The notes: generated by a model from the letters alone, not told the origin. DNA of 64,000 nt from Trichosphaerium sp. ATCC 40318 (GCA_038496445.1 JALMLS010000194.1:62001-126000), one strand, 5' to 3'; counted from the stretch's first letter, positions 41,333 to 53,078 are shown. Numbers and translations: made by a program.

Positions 41333-41715
41333 AATTTTTTTTGCGTCATCCATCTTTTTTTTTCCTTTCTGGTTTTCTTTGTAATTGCTTGTGTATACAC
41401 CCCTTTTTGACCAGTATTTAATTGTTGTTATATTGTTTATGGTTATTATGATTGTTACAGGCAGTTTTGAAAGGATTTTAGAGAGGTGTTGGTGAGGTTT
41501 TGTTCAAAGAAAGTAACTGAGACTTTTGGTTGTTTTTTGAGAGTTTGGGTTTTATTCTCTGTTTTTTTTTTGTTTTCTAGTGAACACACGCAACAACGTT
41601 ATCATTAAAAAAAAGGCACGTGTATTATGTGGAAAATAAAGGTGAACACATAAAGGAAATATGGGTACACCCAAAAGAGCCCAAAAGGAAATATTGGGCG
41701 TTGCTGTTCTTTTTT

Positions 41716-43696
41716 TTAATCTTTGTCTTCAATCTCATCGTAATCAGTACGCTTTCCAACTCTGGTTGTCATGAGCACGACAATACCCATAAGTACGAAA
41801 CAAGTAAGTCCACCGATGATGATACCAATAACGAGACCAATTGGTGCCTTTTTCCTTGGAATAATCACCTCTAAAGAAAAAACAAATTAGTCTTGTAATT
41901 TCTTCGTAAGATAGAAAACCAAAAAAAAACTCCCAAAGTCGGGTGACGCCAAAAAAATTCACTTTTTGTCCGTACCAGGTGCCCAATGATAAACTGTTCT
42001 GTTTGCTATTGGTTGTACAGGTCTGAAGTTACCATTCATTACAGGTACAGTAGCCAGAGCGTTGAGTTGTTGTTGAGTGATACCAACAATGTCTTGCATT
42101 ATAAACCATTGTACTTTTTCATCACATTGTGGAGTGGTTAGAGATCCAAAATAATGGAAGTAGCCTTTGCTGCTAACGTGTTTCATGACGTCGCCCATCT
42201 AAAGTAGAATCGTTAAAAAATGCCAATTAACTACGCTTCGAATTAACAAAAAAAAACCAAAAAGCACGTGATTTGTAATGTAAATTTTGTTGACCTAATT
42301 TTGTATCACGTGATTTTTGTAAATGGTAAATAAACACAAGAGCCCGTCTTAGGTCAAATTTATATGAGTTCTGCGCCTGAGGCATTCAACTAGTTCATTT
42401 CTCTAACGTATGAAAATCACGTGATTTTTTTGAAACTGATTTTTTTTTTTTTGCGAACAAAAGCGGAAATTTTTTTGTTTTGAAAATGTACGTTAAACTC
42501 GATAGGCAATGACACGCTAGTGTTGACTTCTTTTAGAAGTGGTGTTTCGTCATCGATCTAAGGAGAAAATGAGGTTGTTTCGGCTTCTAAAAAAGAAGGT
42601 TTTAAAAATTTACCCTTTGGATGAACGGATCAGGTGTTGCGCCGTCTGTAACATTGTACATTACAGCCACTACAGCGTATTCAATACCAGAGATATTCTT
42701 TTGGTGTACCTAAAGAACAAAAGTTAAGCGACTGGTAAAGGGTCCTACTGAGTCTAATAAAACTGTCTGCAGGCTATGTAGTAATTTGTGCGCTCCAAAA
42801 GACGTATGAACGGTATGTTTACGTACAAAATGTACTTCCAAGGCAACTTGTTTTCCGTCAACAGTATGTTCGCTCTTTGAGTGTAAATGAATCTGTACGA
42901 GTTCGTATGCCTCAGTGAGTGGTCCACCTGTTACTTCCATAACACCAGATTGAGATACATTCACTACAAACAAAAAAAAAATTAGAAAAAAACCGAAAGG
43001 TAACCGACTAAAATCTTTGCTTACCAAACAATGTATGACCGTTGTTTTGGATTGTATGTCCAGTATTAACTCGGTAGTTAGCGGTCTAAAACACTGGATT
43101 AGAGCTCAACCACGGAATCTTAAAGGGAGACAAGTAGGAGTTAAAGTGGGTTCGTACAAGCGGTTTTAGAGGCGGCTCCATTGCTGTCGAAACGTTTAAT
43201 TTTAAAATGTTAATAGGTGATTGGCTCGTTCCTCCACACTGGGAATCTAAGGGAGATTGTAAGCGTTTATTGATAGTGGGAAGTAAATAGTCAATTTTAG
43301 GGGACGGTTCGCTAGAACTCACTCGAAACAGCTTTTGTAATACATTGAGAAGTTGAAAGGCACAAAAGAAGAAAAATATCAAAAAAAAAAATGTTGAAAT
43401 CCGAAAAAAAAGTTTTGGTCTATTTCATCAACACGTGACTAGTTATAAATTCAAAACAAAGAAATGGTATTAACAGGTTAAAAAAAACTGTGTTGGCACA
43501 GAACCGCCTTTTTTTGTTGGCAGAAATGGCCGTTAGCCTTTTAATGGGTCTCAACAAGTGTATTCGTACCAGGACATATGTCTGCCCAGTTTTGTGGTGA
43601 AGTAGGTCCTGTGGTGTCGTATGACCAGTCTTCGCATGTTTGAGATAAAGCTACTGTAGCGATAGCAAGGGTGATGAACAAGTGAAGAGCACTCAT
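41716..43696 (-). CDS. Alpha-carbonic anhydrase, signal peptide and C-terminal TM
   Basis: WSYD..GP..W; QSPINI; QIHLHSKSEHTVDGKQVALEVHFVH; YFGSLTTPQCDEKVQW; GNFRPVQP. Confidence 0.92.
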
Positions 43697-44388
43697 TGGG
43701 CAGTCAGAGTTGTTTAGGCAATAGAAAACTAAACTTATTGTTTAGGACTTGTTTCCTTAAGGCATTGTGTACGCTTTTCTTTCCACAGCTTTTTACGTGT
43801 CTTTATGCCGATGAATGAGTGTTAATACACTCTGTTATTATAGTTGCATTGGAAGGTTTCTGTGTCACGTTGAGTATCACGTGAACGATAATGCTGAAAC
43901 TCAAAAAAAAAAAGGTGTCAAAACGCGAAAATGCAAATTACTAACAACCGAACCACGTGTATTATGTATTCTCAGCGCATTTCTCACTATAATTATATTG
44001 TCCTTTTGGCCCTTTATGCTTCTGAAAAGCAATTAAACCAGAAAAGCGTAAAAATCACATACATAGAGCAACACATGAGTACAAAGCGCTTCACGTATAT
44101 TTTACGAAGCTATTTGAGAAAGTGGAACACTTCCCTTTAAAATCCATCCTATTGTTACCAGGCTGCCTTGATTCCCTCGCCAAACCCTGTTTAGTTTATC
44201 AAGGCCTACCGCGCAGATAGACAACAGCCAAGTAGCATATTGTATTCGTTGTCGGCAAAAAAAAGTGTCAAACACAAAGAATACTAATTTTCTAGCTTTC
44301 TGGTAGAATTTTTAATTGTAACTTGAGGCTTTTGTTGGTCCTCGTCTGGTAAAGTCTACGACAAAAACGACCTTTAAACACGTGATCT

Positions 44389-46181
44389 ATGGCAGAACCT
44401 CGCACTTCGTCTGTTAATTTACAATATGTTAACCGTTTGGCCGCTTCGGGCCATTCAATGGTAATCGCAGACGATGGCTTTGTTTACACGTGGGGACTAA
44501 ACAGACACCGTCAATTGGGTAACACAGACGTAAAAAAGAGTTCTATCGCAAGACCAATAAAGTCAGTCACAAATATCGTCTGTATTGCTGCTGGATTCAA
44601 TCATAGCCTTGCAGTTGATTCAAACGGTATTGTGTATGCATGGGGATATAATTCAGGTGGCGTATTGGGTCTGGGTCACTTTGCGTCACCTGTTTCGTCA
44701 CCAACACGTGTTCCAAATCTCAACAATATAACGAAAGTCTCTGCCGATTGTGTGAGTATGGCGTTATCACAAACAGGTCATGTCTACTCTTGGGGATACA
44801 ATGAATATCAGGGATTGGGTCATTCATTCGACAAGTTGAAAGTTTTATCACCAGCGGTTATTCCAAATCTTCAAAATGTTCAAAAAATTCAAACTAACTC
44901 GCATGTAAGTGGAGCAATGACGTCAACAGGTCATGTCTTTCTTTGGGGAACAACAGATAATGAAGCAATAGATAAATTGTTATTCTTGAAACCAAAGACA
45001 ATTTCACGTGTTCCAAGTATTGATGATGCCACTGATATTGTCATTGGTGTTAGTCATGTACTTGTTCTCCTCAAGTCAGGACAAGTATTTTCTTTTGGAG
45101 ACAACTTCAATGGGTGTCTTGGGTTGGGTATTGATCGCGAGTATGGTCAGGGTATCATCAAAGGACTCAATAACATCAAATCTGTACATGCTGGTGTGTG
45201 GACATCATTTGCGATTGATGATGAAGGTTGTTTGTTTGGTTGGGGTAAAGGGAAATGGATTGATTCGTTCTCATCAAACAAACCATTAAAATTATCTGGA
45301 AAATATCTTGAGTTTGCCAATAAACGACATCATTACTTGGCAATATCTCATGACTTCAAGTTGGTTACAGGCGGTAGTAACAATTATAGTGAATCTTCAC
45401 CACAAGCATTGACTTTTAACAACTACAAAAAGGTACTTCAGAATTTGATAATAGATTGTTGTTTAACTGTTTGTTTAGGTAATCCAAACCTCAGTTGACA
45501 CTTTAGAAAAGATACGTAAAGAGCTGAAACAAGACCCAAAACACAATTACACATCAATTGATGGTGGTGGAGAATACACCAAGTTTGGAGATGCTCCAGA
45601 GCACATTGATATGATCAAAGATGCCCTTGAAGCCTTTGAAATACAACAGAATGAAGAAGAATACATCAATGTACGTCAACAAAAAAAAAACGAGAGAAAA
45701 GAGGTAAATGTATGTATCCTAAACCATTCTCATAGCCTCACAATGATCCGAGTGACATCATTCTACCATCACCTGATGAAAGTACAATAACTCCATTGCG
45801 TGATGTGAACATAGCATTACCTGACGAGTCATGGATTGACAAACCCAATGTGTCGGTTGTTAATACCAAGGTACGTATACAGTTTCGTTTGTATGTATCA
45901 CAAACTTTTTTATTTAGCCAACATTTACTCATCCACATGATATCATATCAATCGCTGCTTCAACTACTCCAACTCCTATGCTCCAAAACGTTGAAGTTGA
46001 TTGGGTGCGAGTATTAATGAAGTTGGGTATTCCAAGTAAGCGAGCCCAAGAGCTTGGATCATTGATGAATGATGCAGGCGCAACAATTGATGAAATTGAT
46101 AAAGATATATTGAAAGAACTTGGATTCAGCTTGATGGAACGTATCAAGGTCATAAAAGCAAAGAGAAATAATCTTCTTTAG
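44389..46181 (+). CDS. RCC1-propeller + linker + SAM-like protein, copy 7 (linker B, tail Z-like)
   Basis: RCC1 ORF; last exon DWVRVLMKLGIPSKRAQELG...LGFSLMERIKVIKAKRNNLL*. Confidence 0.85.
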
Positions 46182-46619
46182 TAATACTGTTTGCAATGTT
46201 AGAATAGAAATAGTATAGTTCTTATTTTACCAAGCCTATTGTGTACCTCTCAGGATTTTCTTTTTGTTGTGCTGTTCTAAATGGAGCCCTGTTGTTTAAG
46301 TATGAGGTCGACTGTATATTTTGCTTCTAGAGACAGTAGTACTTTAATTAGCTTTTTGAGTCCTTATACTCTCGTTCATATAAAGTAACAGTCATAGCCC
46401 GAGAGGCATCCATTCATTTGTTAGAAATTATCGCTTGTACAATAAAACTAAACACTTTTTGATATGCAATCCATAACCTGTAGGCGCTACTAAACAAGTT
46501 GGCATACACTACTTTATTGTGGGACGTATGATAATGACTAGGTCGCATTGTTTTTACTAGTGGCAATGAAACTTCAGTTACATTATTTCAATTTTGTGAA
46601 TCGAAACTTAACGCTATCC

Positions 46620-46945
46620 TCATTCTACGATTACGTCAACAACTTTATGAACAAACTGATTTGTAAATGGCTTAAGAGAAGGAAGCCATAAGGTATGGCA
46701 TGCAAATGGTATACCCTTATGGCACATGCACATTACTCCAATAATAAGCTTGAAGGCAAGTATAAGAGCTAGTATGACAGAGGTTCACTGTATGATAGCT
46801 GTGTTCGTAATCAATTTGTATTCCAATAGTGGTGGCTTGGTAAGACAGTATCATTACATTAATGGTAAACGAAATGGAGAATACACAAGCTGGTATAAAA
46901 GGGTAGGGAGTTAAAAGAATGTTGTATTAATGATGATCTAAGTGG
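46620..46945 (+). pseudogene. Decayed MORN-variant repeat gene
   Basis: FVNGLREGSHKVWHANG../HYSNNKLEGKYKS*YD../HYINGKRNGEYTSWY with a stop and frameshifts. Confidence 0.7.
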
Positions 46946-47116
46946 TGTTGGTGAGTTCAGTTGAACGTTTATTGCTTAATTTTAGTCACAGGATTATGGT
47001 TTTTTTCTAGTTCACCACTCAAGGTACATTAACGGGTTTTTACAGTGGGACTAAAATGAATTAAACCTTGTTTCAGGTATTGCCACTACTATTTGTTTGT
47101 GAAACAGATATTATTT

Positions 47117-48754
47117 ACGGCAGAACCTCAAACTGGGTCGGTTAATTTACAATATGTTAACCGTTTGGCCACTGGTTTACACCATTCAATGGTAATCGCA
47201 GACGATGGCTTTGTTTACACGTGGGGACAAAACAAACAGCGCCAATTGGGTAATACAGACAAAGAAAAGAGTTCTATCGCAAGACCAATAAAATCACTCA
47301 TAAATATCGTCTGTATTGCTGCTGGATGGTCTCACAGTCTTGCTGTTGACGCAAATGGTGTTGTATATTCATGGGGCCATAATTCATTCGGCCAATTGGG
47401 TCTGGGTGACTTTGCGTCTGTTTTATCGCCAACACGTGTTCCAAATCTCCCAAAAATCACTCAAGTCACTGCTTCTTGGGCGAGTATGGCGTTATCACAA
47501 ACAGGTCATGTCTACTCATGGGGATACAACTTCTATCATGGATTGGGTCATTCACTCAACACAAAGAAAGTAAACTCACCAAAACGTATTCCAAGCCTAG
47601 ATCATGTCAAGAAAATTCAAACTAATTGGCTTGGTACATGTGGAGCAATGACATCAACAGGACATGTCTTTCTTTGGGGAACAACAAAAGAAGAAGAAAA
47701 AGATAAACCATTATTCTTGAATCCAAAGACAATTTCATGTGTTCTAAGTATTGATGATGCCACTGATATTGCCATTGGCGGCTATCATGTACTTGTTCTC
47801 CTCAAGTCAGGACAAGTATTTTCTTTTGGAAACAACTTCAAAGGGTGTCTTGGGTTGGGTATTGATAACAGTGATGGCCAGGGTATCATCAAAGGACTCA
47901 ATAACATTGTATCTGTGCACGCCGGTCAGTGGTCATCGTTTGCAATTGATGATGAAGGTTGTTTGTTTGGTTGGGGTCATGGGAAATGGATTGATTCGTT
48001 CAAATCAAACAAACCATTAAAATTACCTGGAAAATATCTTGAGTTTGCCAATAAACGATTTCATTACTTGGCAATATCTCGTGACTTCAAGTTGGTTACA
48101 GGTGGCAATAACGATTATGGTGAATCTTCACCACAAGCATTGACTTTTAACAACTACAAAAAGGTACTTCAAAATTTGATAATAGATTGTTGTTTAACTG
48201 TTTGTTTTAGGTAATCCAAACCTCAGTTGACACTTTAGAAAAGATACGTAAAGAGTTGAAACAAGACCCAAAACACAAGTTCACATCAATTGATGCTGGT
48301 CGAGAATACGCCAAGTTTGGAGATGCTCCAGAGCACATTGATATGATCAAAGATGCCCTTGAAGCCTTTGAAATACAACAAAATGAAGAATACATCAATG
48401 TACGTCAACAGAAAAGAGGTAAATACATGTATTCCTAAATCATTCTCATAGCCTCACAATGATCCGAGTGACATCGTTCTACCATCTCCTAATGAAAGTA
48501 CAATAACTCCATTGTGTGATGTGAACATGGTATTACCTGACAAGTCATGGATTGACAAAACGTTTGAACATGATTGGGTGTCAGCATTGACAAGGCTGGG
48601 TATTACAAGCAATAGAGCCCAAGAGCTTGGATCATTGATGAATGAGCTTGGTATTCAACTGAACGAAATTGATCAAGATGTATTGAAAGAACTTGGATTC
48701 AGCTTGATGGAACGTATCAAGGTCACAAAAGCAAAGAGAAATAACCTTTTTTAG
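47117..48754 (+). CDS. RCC1-propeller + linker + SAM-like protein, copy 8 (linker B; ATG changed to ACG; last two exons fused by deletion)
   Basis: tttACGgcagaacct at the family start position; KSWIDK joins directly to TFEHDWVSALTRLGI...KAKRNNLF*. Confidence 0.75.
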
Positions 48755-49091
48755 TAATACTGTTTGCAATGTTAGAATAGAAATAGCACATGTACCAAGT
48801 GTATTGAATGTATTTAACCTACAGCTGTTGATACCTTTAGTGTACTTCTTATTGTACGGTTTAGTTTACCAAGCCTATTTAATGTTCAATAATACCAGAT
48901 GTTAGAGAATGGCGTTTAGCCATTTTAGTTTTTGTAGGTGGTAAACCGAGACCAAAATTTGACCCCCTTAACATGCTAAGGATTATTCTTCAAAGCTAGT
49001 TGGTATGTTTTTAACACAATAACACTTTAGCACAATCGAAGTAAACCAACAATAATGTTACTAAGCTAAGCTATTTTACTCAAAAGCATTT

Positions 49092-50928
49092 TTACAGGAT
49101 ATTTCTGTGCTTTGCTTTGAATACTTTGACCCTTTCAATGGGACTGAATTCTAGTTCTTCTAGTAAGGTTGAAGTTATGTCCTCAGGCTTGATATTAGCA
49201 TCATTCATCAATGATCCAAGTTCTTGTGCTCTTTCATTTGCAATACCCAACTTCATCAATATTATCTTCCAATCAGGTTCAACTTTTGGAGCTGATTGGT
49301 TCTCATATGCTTCTCTGAAATGTGACTAGCACAGCCCGCATTAATAAACGCAAGTACTTTTACAAACTAACGAGATATGTACCTTATTATTGGCGTCAAC
49401 AGAAATGTTGGGTTTATTGAGCCAGGACTTTTGAGATAAAACGCTCAGATCATCATCTGATTCGTCACACTAGAATAATGATCAGTTGTCACGTGGATTG
49501 TTAGTTGTAAAGGCTTACTTTAAAGCGTTCCTCTTGCTTTTGTATTTCAAGGGCTTCAAGGGCATCTTGAATCATATTAAGGTGTTCAGGAGCATCTCCA
49601 AACTTTGTGTATTCTCTATCAGCATCAAAATCACGATTTGGTTCAATAACAGCTTTTGCCAAGTACTTTTCAATTCTGTCTTCCTTCAGAGCCTCACTGC
49701 TTTTGGCTGTAGTGATTTGCTATATTGTCATTTAACTTAAATATTTATGTTTGGTTTTGAGCACCTTTTCACTCATTTGTTTTGTTGGCGGAAGATCTGT
49801 AGAGTTATATTTGGTGTTCTAAAAATATCAACATTAAAGCTCAGAAAGACAACTTGTTATGGTACCTTTTTGTGATAGTTGAATGTCAATTTTTGCAGGT
49901 TTGATTCTCCATAATTATTACGACCATCTGTGTCCAACTTGAGGTCATGAGATATTGCCAAATAATGATATGCTTTATTGGCAAACTCAAGATATTTTCC
50001 AGGTAATTTTAATGGTTTTTTTGATCTGAACAAATCAATCCATTTCCCTTTACCCCACCCAAACAAACAACCTTCATCATCAATCGCAAATGATGTCCAC
50101 ACACCAGCATGTACAGATATGATGTTATTGAGTCCTTTGACCATACTCGCGATCAATACCCAACCCAAGACACCCACGCCAGTTAAGTCCAAAAGAAAAT
50201 ACTTGTCCTGACTTGAGGAGAACAAGTACATGATGAGAACCAATGGCAATATCAGTGGCATCATCAACACTTGGAACACGTGAAATTGTCTTTGGATTCA
50301 AGAATAACGATTTATCTTTTGCTTCATCTTCTGTTGTTCCCCAAAGAAATACATGACCTGTTGATGTCATTGCTCCACTTATGTCATTAGTTTGAATTTT
50401 GTTGACATGATCAAGACTTGGAATACGTTTTGGTGAGTTTACTTTCTTTGTGTCAAATGAATGACCCAATCCATGATATTCATTGTCTCCCCAAGAGTAG
50501 ACATGACCTGCTTGCGATAACGCCATACTCACATGATAGGCAGATACTTGCGTGATATTGTTGAGATTTGGAACACGTGTTGGTGACGAAACAGACTTGA
50601 AGTGACCCAGACCCAACGACCCAGCTGAATTACCGCCCCATGAATACACAATACCATTTGAATCAACTGCAAGGCTATGAAAAAACCCAGCAGCAATACA
50701 GACGATATTTGTGAGTGACTTTATTGGTCTAGCAATAGCTCTCGCTTTGGTTATTAGTTCCTGTAAATATTGAAAAGTAGACTTCTTGGCTGTGCCTAAC
50801 TGGCACCAAGAGTTACCCCCCCACGTGTAAACAAAGCCATCGTCTGCGATTACCATTGAATGTTCGTAACCAGCGGCCAAACGGTTAACATATTGTAAAT
50901 TAACCGACGAAGTTTGAGGTTCTGCCAT
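49092..50928 (-). pseudogene. RCC1-propeller + linker + SAM-like, copy 9 (inverted; 11-nt frameshifting deletion ~50139)
   Basis: tatggtcaaaggactc versus tatggtcagggtatcatcaaaggactc; tail DWKIILMKLGIANERAQELG...LEFSPIERVKVFKAKHRNIL*. Confidence 0.8.
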
Positions 50929-51149
50929 TTGTATTGTTTGTAAATTAAGCAAGTCTTTTTTATAACACGTGACTTCGCTTATGCTGGTACCGAACAAGTT
51001 CTAAAAATTACATTTGTTAACACCCAGGAATTTCCTAACTGTTAACGCTGTATTGTGGAAAAGAAAGCTCTGATGGACCAGATTCGCGATTGAAGTAACT
51101 TTGTACAAAGTTTTTCTGAAATGCATGACACGCAACGCTAAACGCATAA

Positions 51150-51560
51150 TGTGAAACACCTGCAATTGCTACGTGCAATAGTGGGCGTTTTAGTACGTTT
51201 GATACATGCGCCTGTAACCAGCTCCGTAGACTATTTAAAAAGGTTAGTCACCCCTCAAAATGCGGTATTAGACATAGTTAGTAACACTTTAAATGTCGGG
51301 ACCTTAGCACGAGAAAATGTTGTTTTTTTGCTTTCTTCATATTGAAGTGCAAACCCGAGAAGTTTATTTGTACTTTACATAATGTGCAAATATGTGGTTA
51401 TGGTATTTGTAGCGATCAAAGTTCAAATGAAATCATTACTGCCATTTTTGGGCACGTTTTAAAAAAAAACTCTTTCAGCATTTTTGGCTTTTGGTTTCTC
51501 GTTCACAACACTCCTGAAACCCAAAAAGTAACTTGGCTCTCCTGTGCATGTAAAGGCCAT
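51150..51560 (+). pseudogene. Degenerate inverted remnant of the 5' part of the 20.8-24.3 kb repeat/RAP-like gene
   Basis: 51181-51245 reverse complement (aaatagtctacggagctggttacaggcgcatgtatcaaacgtactaaaa) matches 23785-23835; the wider extent is approximate. Confidence 0.55.
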
Positions 51561-51800
51561 ACATATAGAAATGGTTCAGTAATCTACATTAGTGAATGAT
51601 TGTAACTACACCACATAACAAACTCAAAGTCATAGAACTGTGTAGCCTTACTTTCTGCTACAAAATGGTTAACCGTTTAGGGTTTGAAATAGGTTACCTC
51701 GCCTCTTCTTAACGATATAGTAGTACATGAACCTGTTTGAAAGGTTATTCTACATTATCGGTTTATTTTCTAATTAAACAACATATTTTACAGATGTCGG

Positions 51801-53078
51801 CTAGTACGTATTGCTCATGCAAATATGTACTGGTTGTAGTGCTTGGATGCCTTTATACGTAAGATTTCCACCATACTCGTTATTAAAGTAAATAGTATGA
51901 ACTCCTTTTAGTGCTAGAATTCCCTCATCTGTCAAATTGTGACAATGTGACACATTAATAGTATGTACACCTCTCAGCGCTTTGATGCCCTTGTCTGTAA
52001 TGTGTATACAACCTTCAAGGTTAATGGTATGGACGCCCGTTAGTTCTTTAATACCTTCATCTGTCACTATTGTTCCTTCGAGATTAATGTTATGCACACC
52101 TCTGAGCGCCTTGATGCCCTTGTCTGTAATGTATATACAACCTTCAAGGTTAATGGTATGGACGCCCGTTAGTTCTTCAATACCTTCGTCTGTAATTATG
52201 GTTTTAGCAAGGTCAATGTTATGAACGTTTAGCCCTTTGATGCCTTCATTTCCAACGCAAGTGCCTTCAAGACTGATGGTATGAACACCTTTTAGAGCTT
52301 TAATGCCTGCATTTGTTATTTCGATACAATAAGCAAGGTCAATGGTGTGAACGCCCTTCAGTTCTTTGATGGCTTCATCCGTCACATCTAATCCTTCAAG
52401 GTTAATAGTATGTACTCCTCTTAACGCTTTGATACCGTCATCTGAGACATTTGTTCCGATAAGGTGAATAGTGTGTACTCCTTGAAGTGCTTTGAGGCCT
52501 TCATTTGTCACTCTCATACAATAAGAAAGGTCAATAGTGTGAACGCCCTTCAGTTCTTTGATGGCTTCATCTGTCACATCCAATCCTTCAAGGTAAATAG
52601 TATGTACTCCTCTTAACGCTTTGATACCGTCATCTGACACATTTGTATCTTCAAGGTGAATAGTGTGTACTCCTTGGAGCGCCTTGAGACCTTCATCTGT
52701 AATGTGCTCACAACTTTTAAGGTTAACGGTATGAACGCCTTGAAGTTGTTTTAAATCCTTATCTGTTATGCTCTTGAATGAGGTTGCTGAGATTTTACGG
52801 CAGCCTTTTAATAACGAATACACTGTATCCTCCATTTCTTTGAGTGGAATAATTAGCGTGTTAGCCATAACACCGGCATATTCTTTGATCTTCAAAATGT
52901 CCGCTATTGATGATAAATGAACTGTTTTGTAGCCAACGATAACGTGAATGATGTCAGCCATCAAGCTACATGACTGAGCAACAGCGAATCGTGATGGTCC
53001 GTCTGTGTGAGACAGGATATGTGAAATAACCTCGGTAGGAAAATCAAGAATATTTGGAGTATTGTATGTCACGTGCAT
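51801..53078 (-). CDS. Intronless F-box + leucine-rich-repeat protein
   Basis: F-box ILDFPTEVISHILSH...AQSC; ~14 repeats of 21/22 aa LxGVHTIxLxx(C)xxVTDEGIKx. Confidence 0.85.
   Translation of the reverse strand: MHVTYNTPNILDFPTEVISHILSHTDGPSRFAVAQSCSLMADIIHVIVGYKTVHLSSIADILKIKEYAGVMANTLIIPLKEMEDTVYSLLKGCRKISATSFKSITDKDLKQLQGVHTVNLKSCEHITDEGLKALQGVHTIHLEDTNVSDDGIKALRGVHTIYLEGLDVTDEAIKELKGVHTIDLSYCMRVTNEGLKALQGVHTIHLIGTNVSDDGIKALRGVHTINLEGLDVTDEAIKELKGVHTIDLAYCIEITNAGIKALKGVHTISLEGTCVGNEGIKGLNVHNIDLAKTIITDEGIEELTGVHTINLEGCIYITDKGIKALRGVHNINLEGTIVTDEGIKELTGVHTINLEGCIHITDKGIKALRGVHTINVSHCHNLTDEGILALKGVHTIYFNNEYGGNLTYKGIQALQPVHICMSNTY

Noticed and set aside
6058-50928. Diversity-generating retroelement as the source of loop variation
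   Set aside because: No reverse transcriptase or template repeat in the window; variation hits all codon positions (gaa/tcc/tgg/tta) and framework adenines, including synonymous ones, are unchanged
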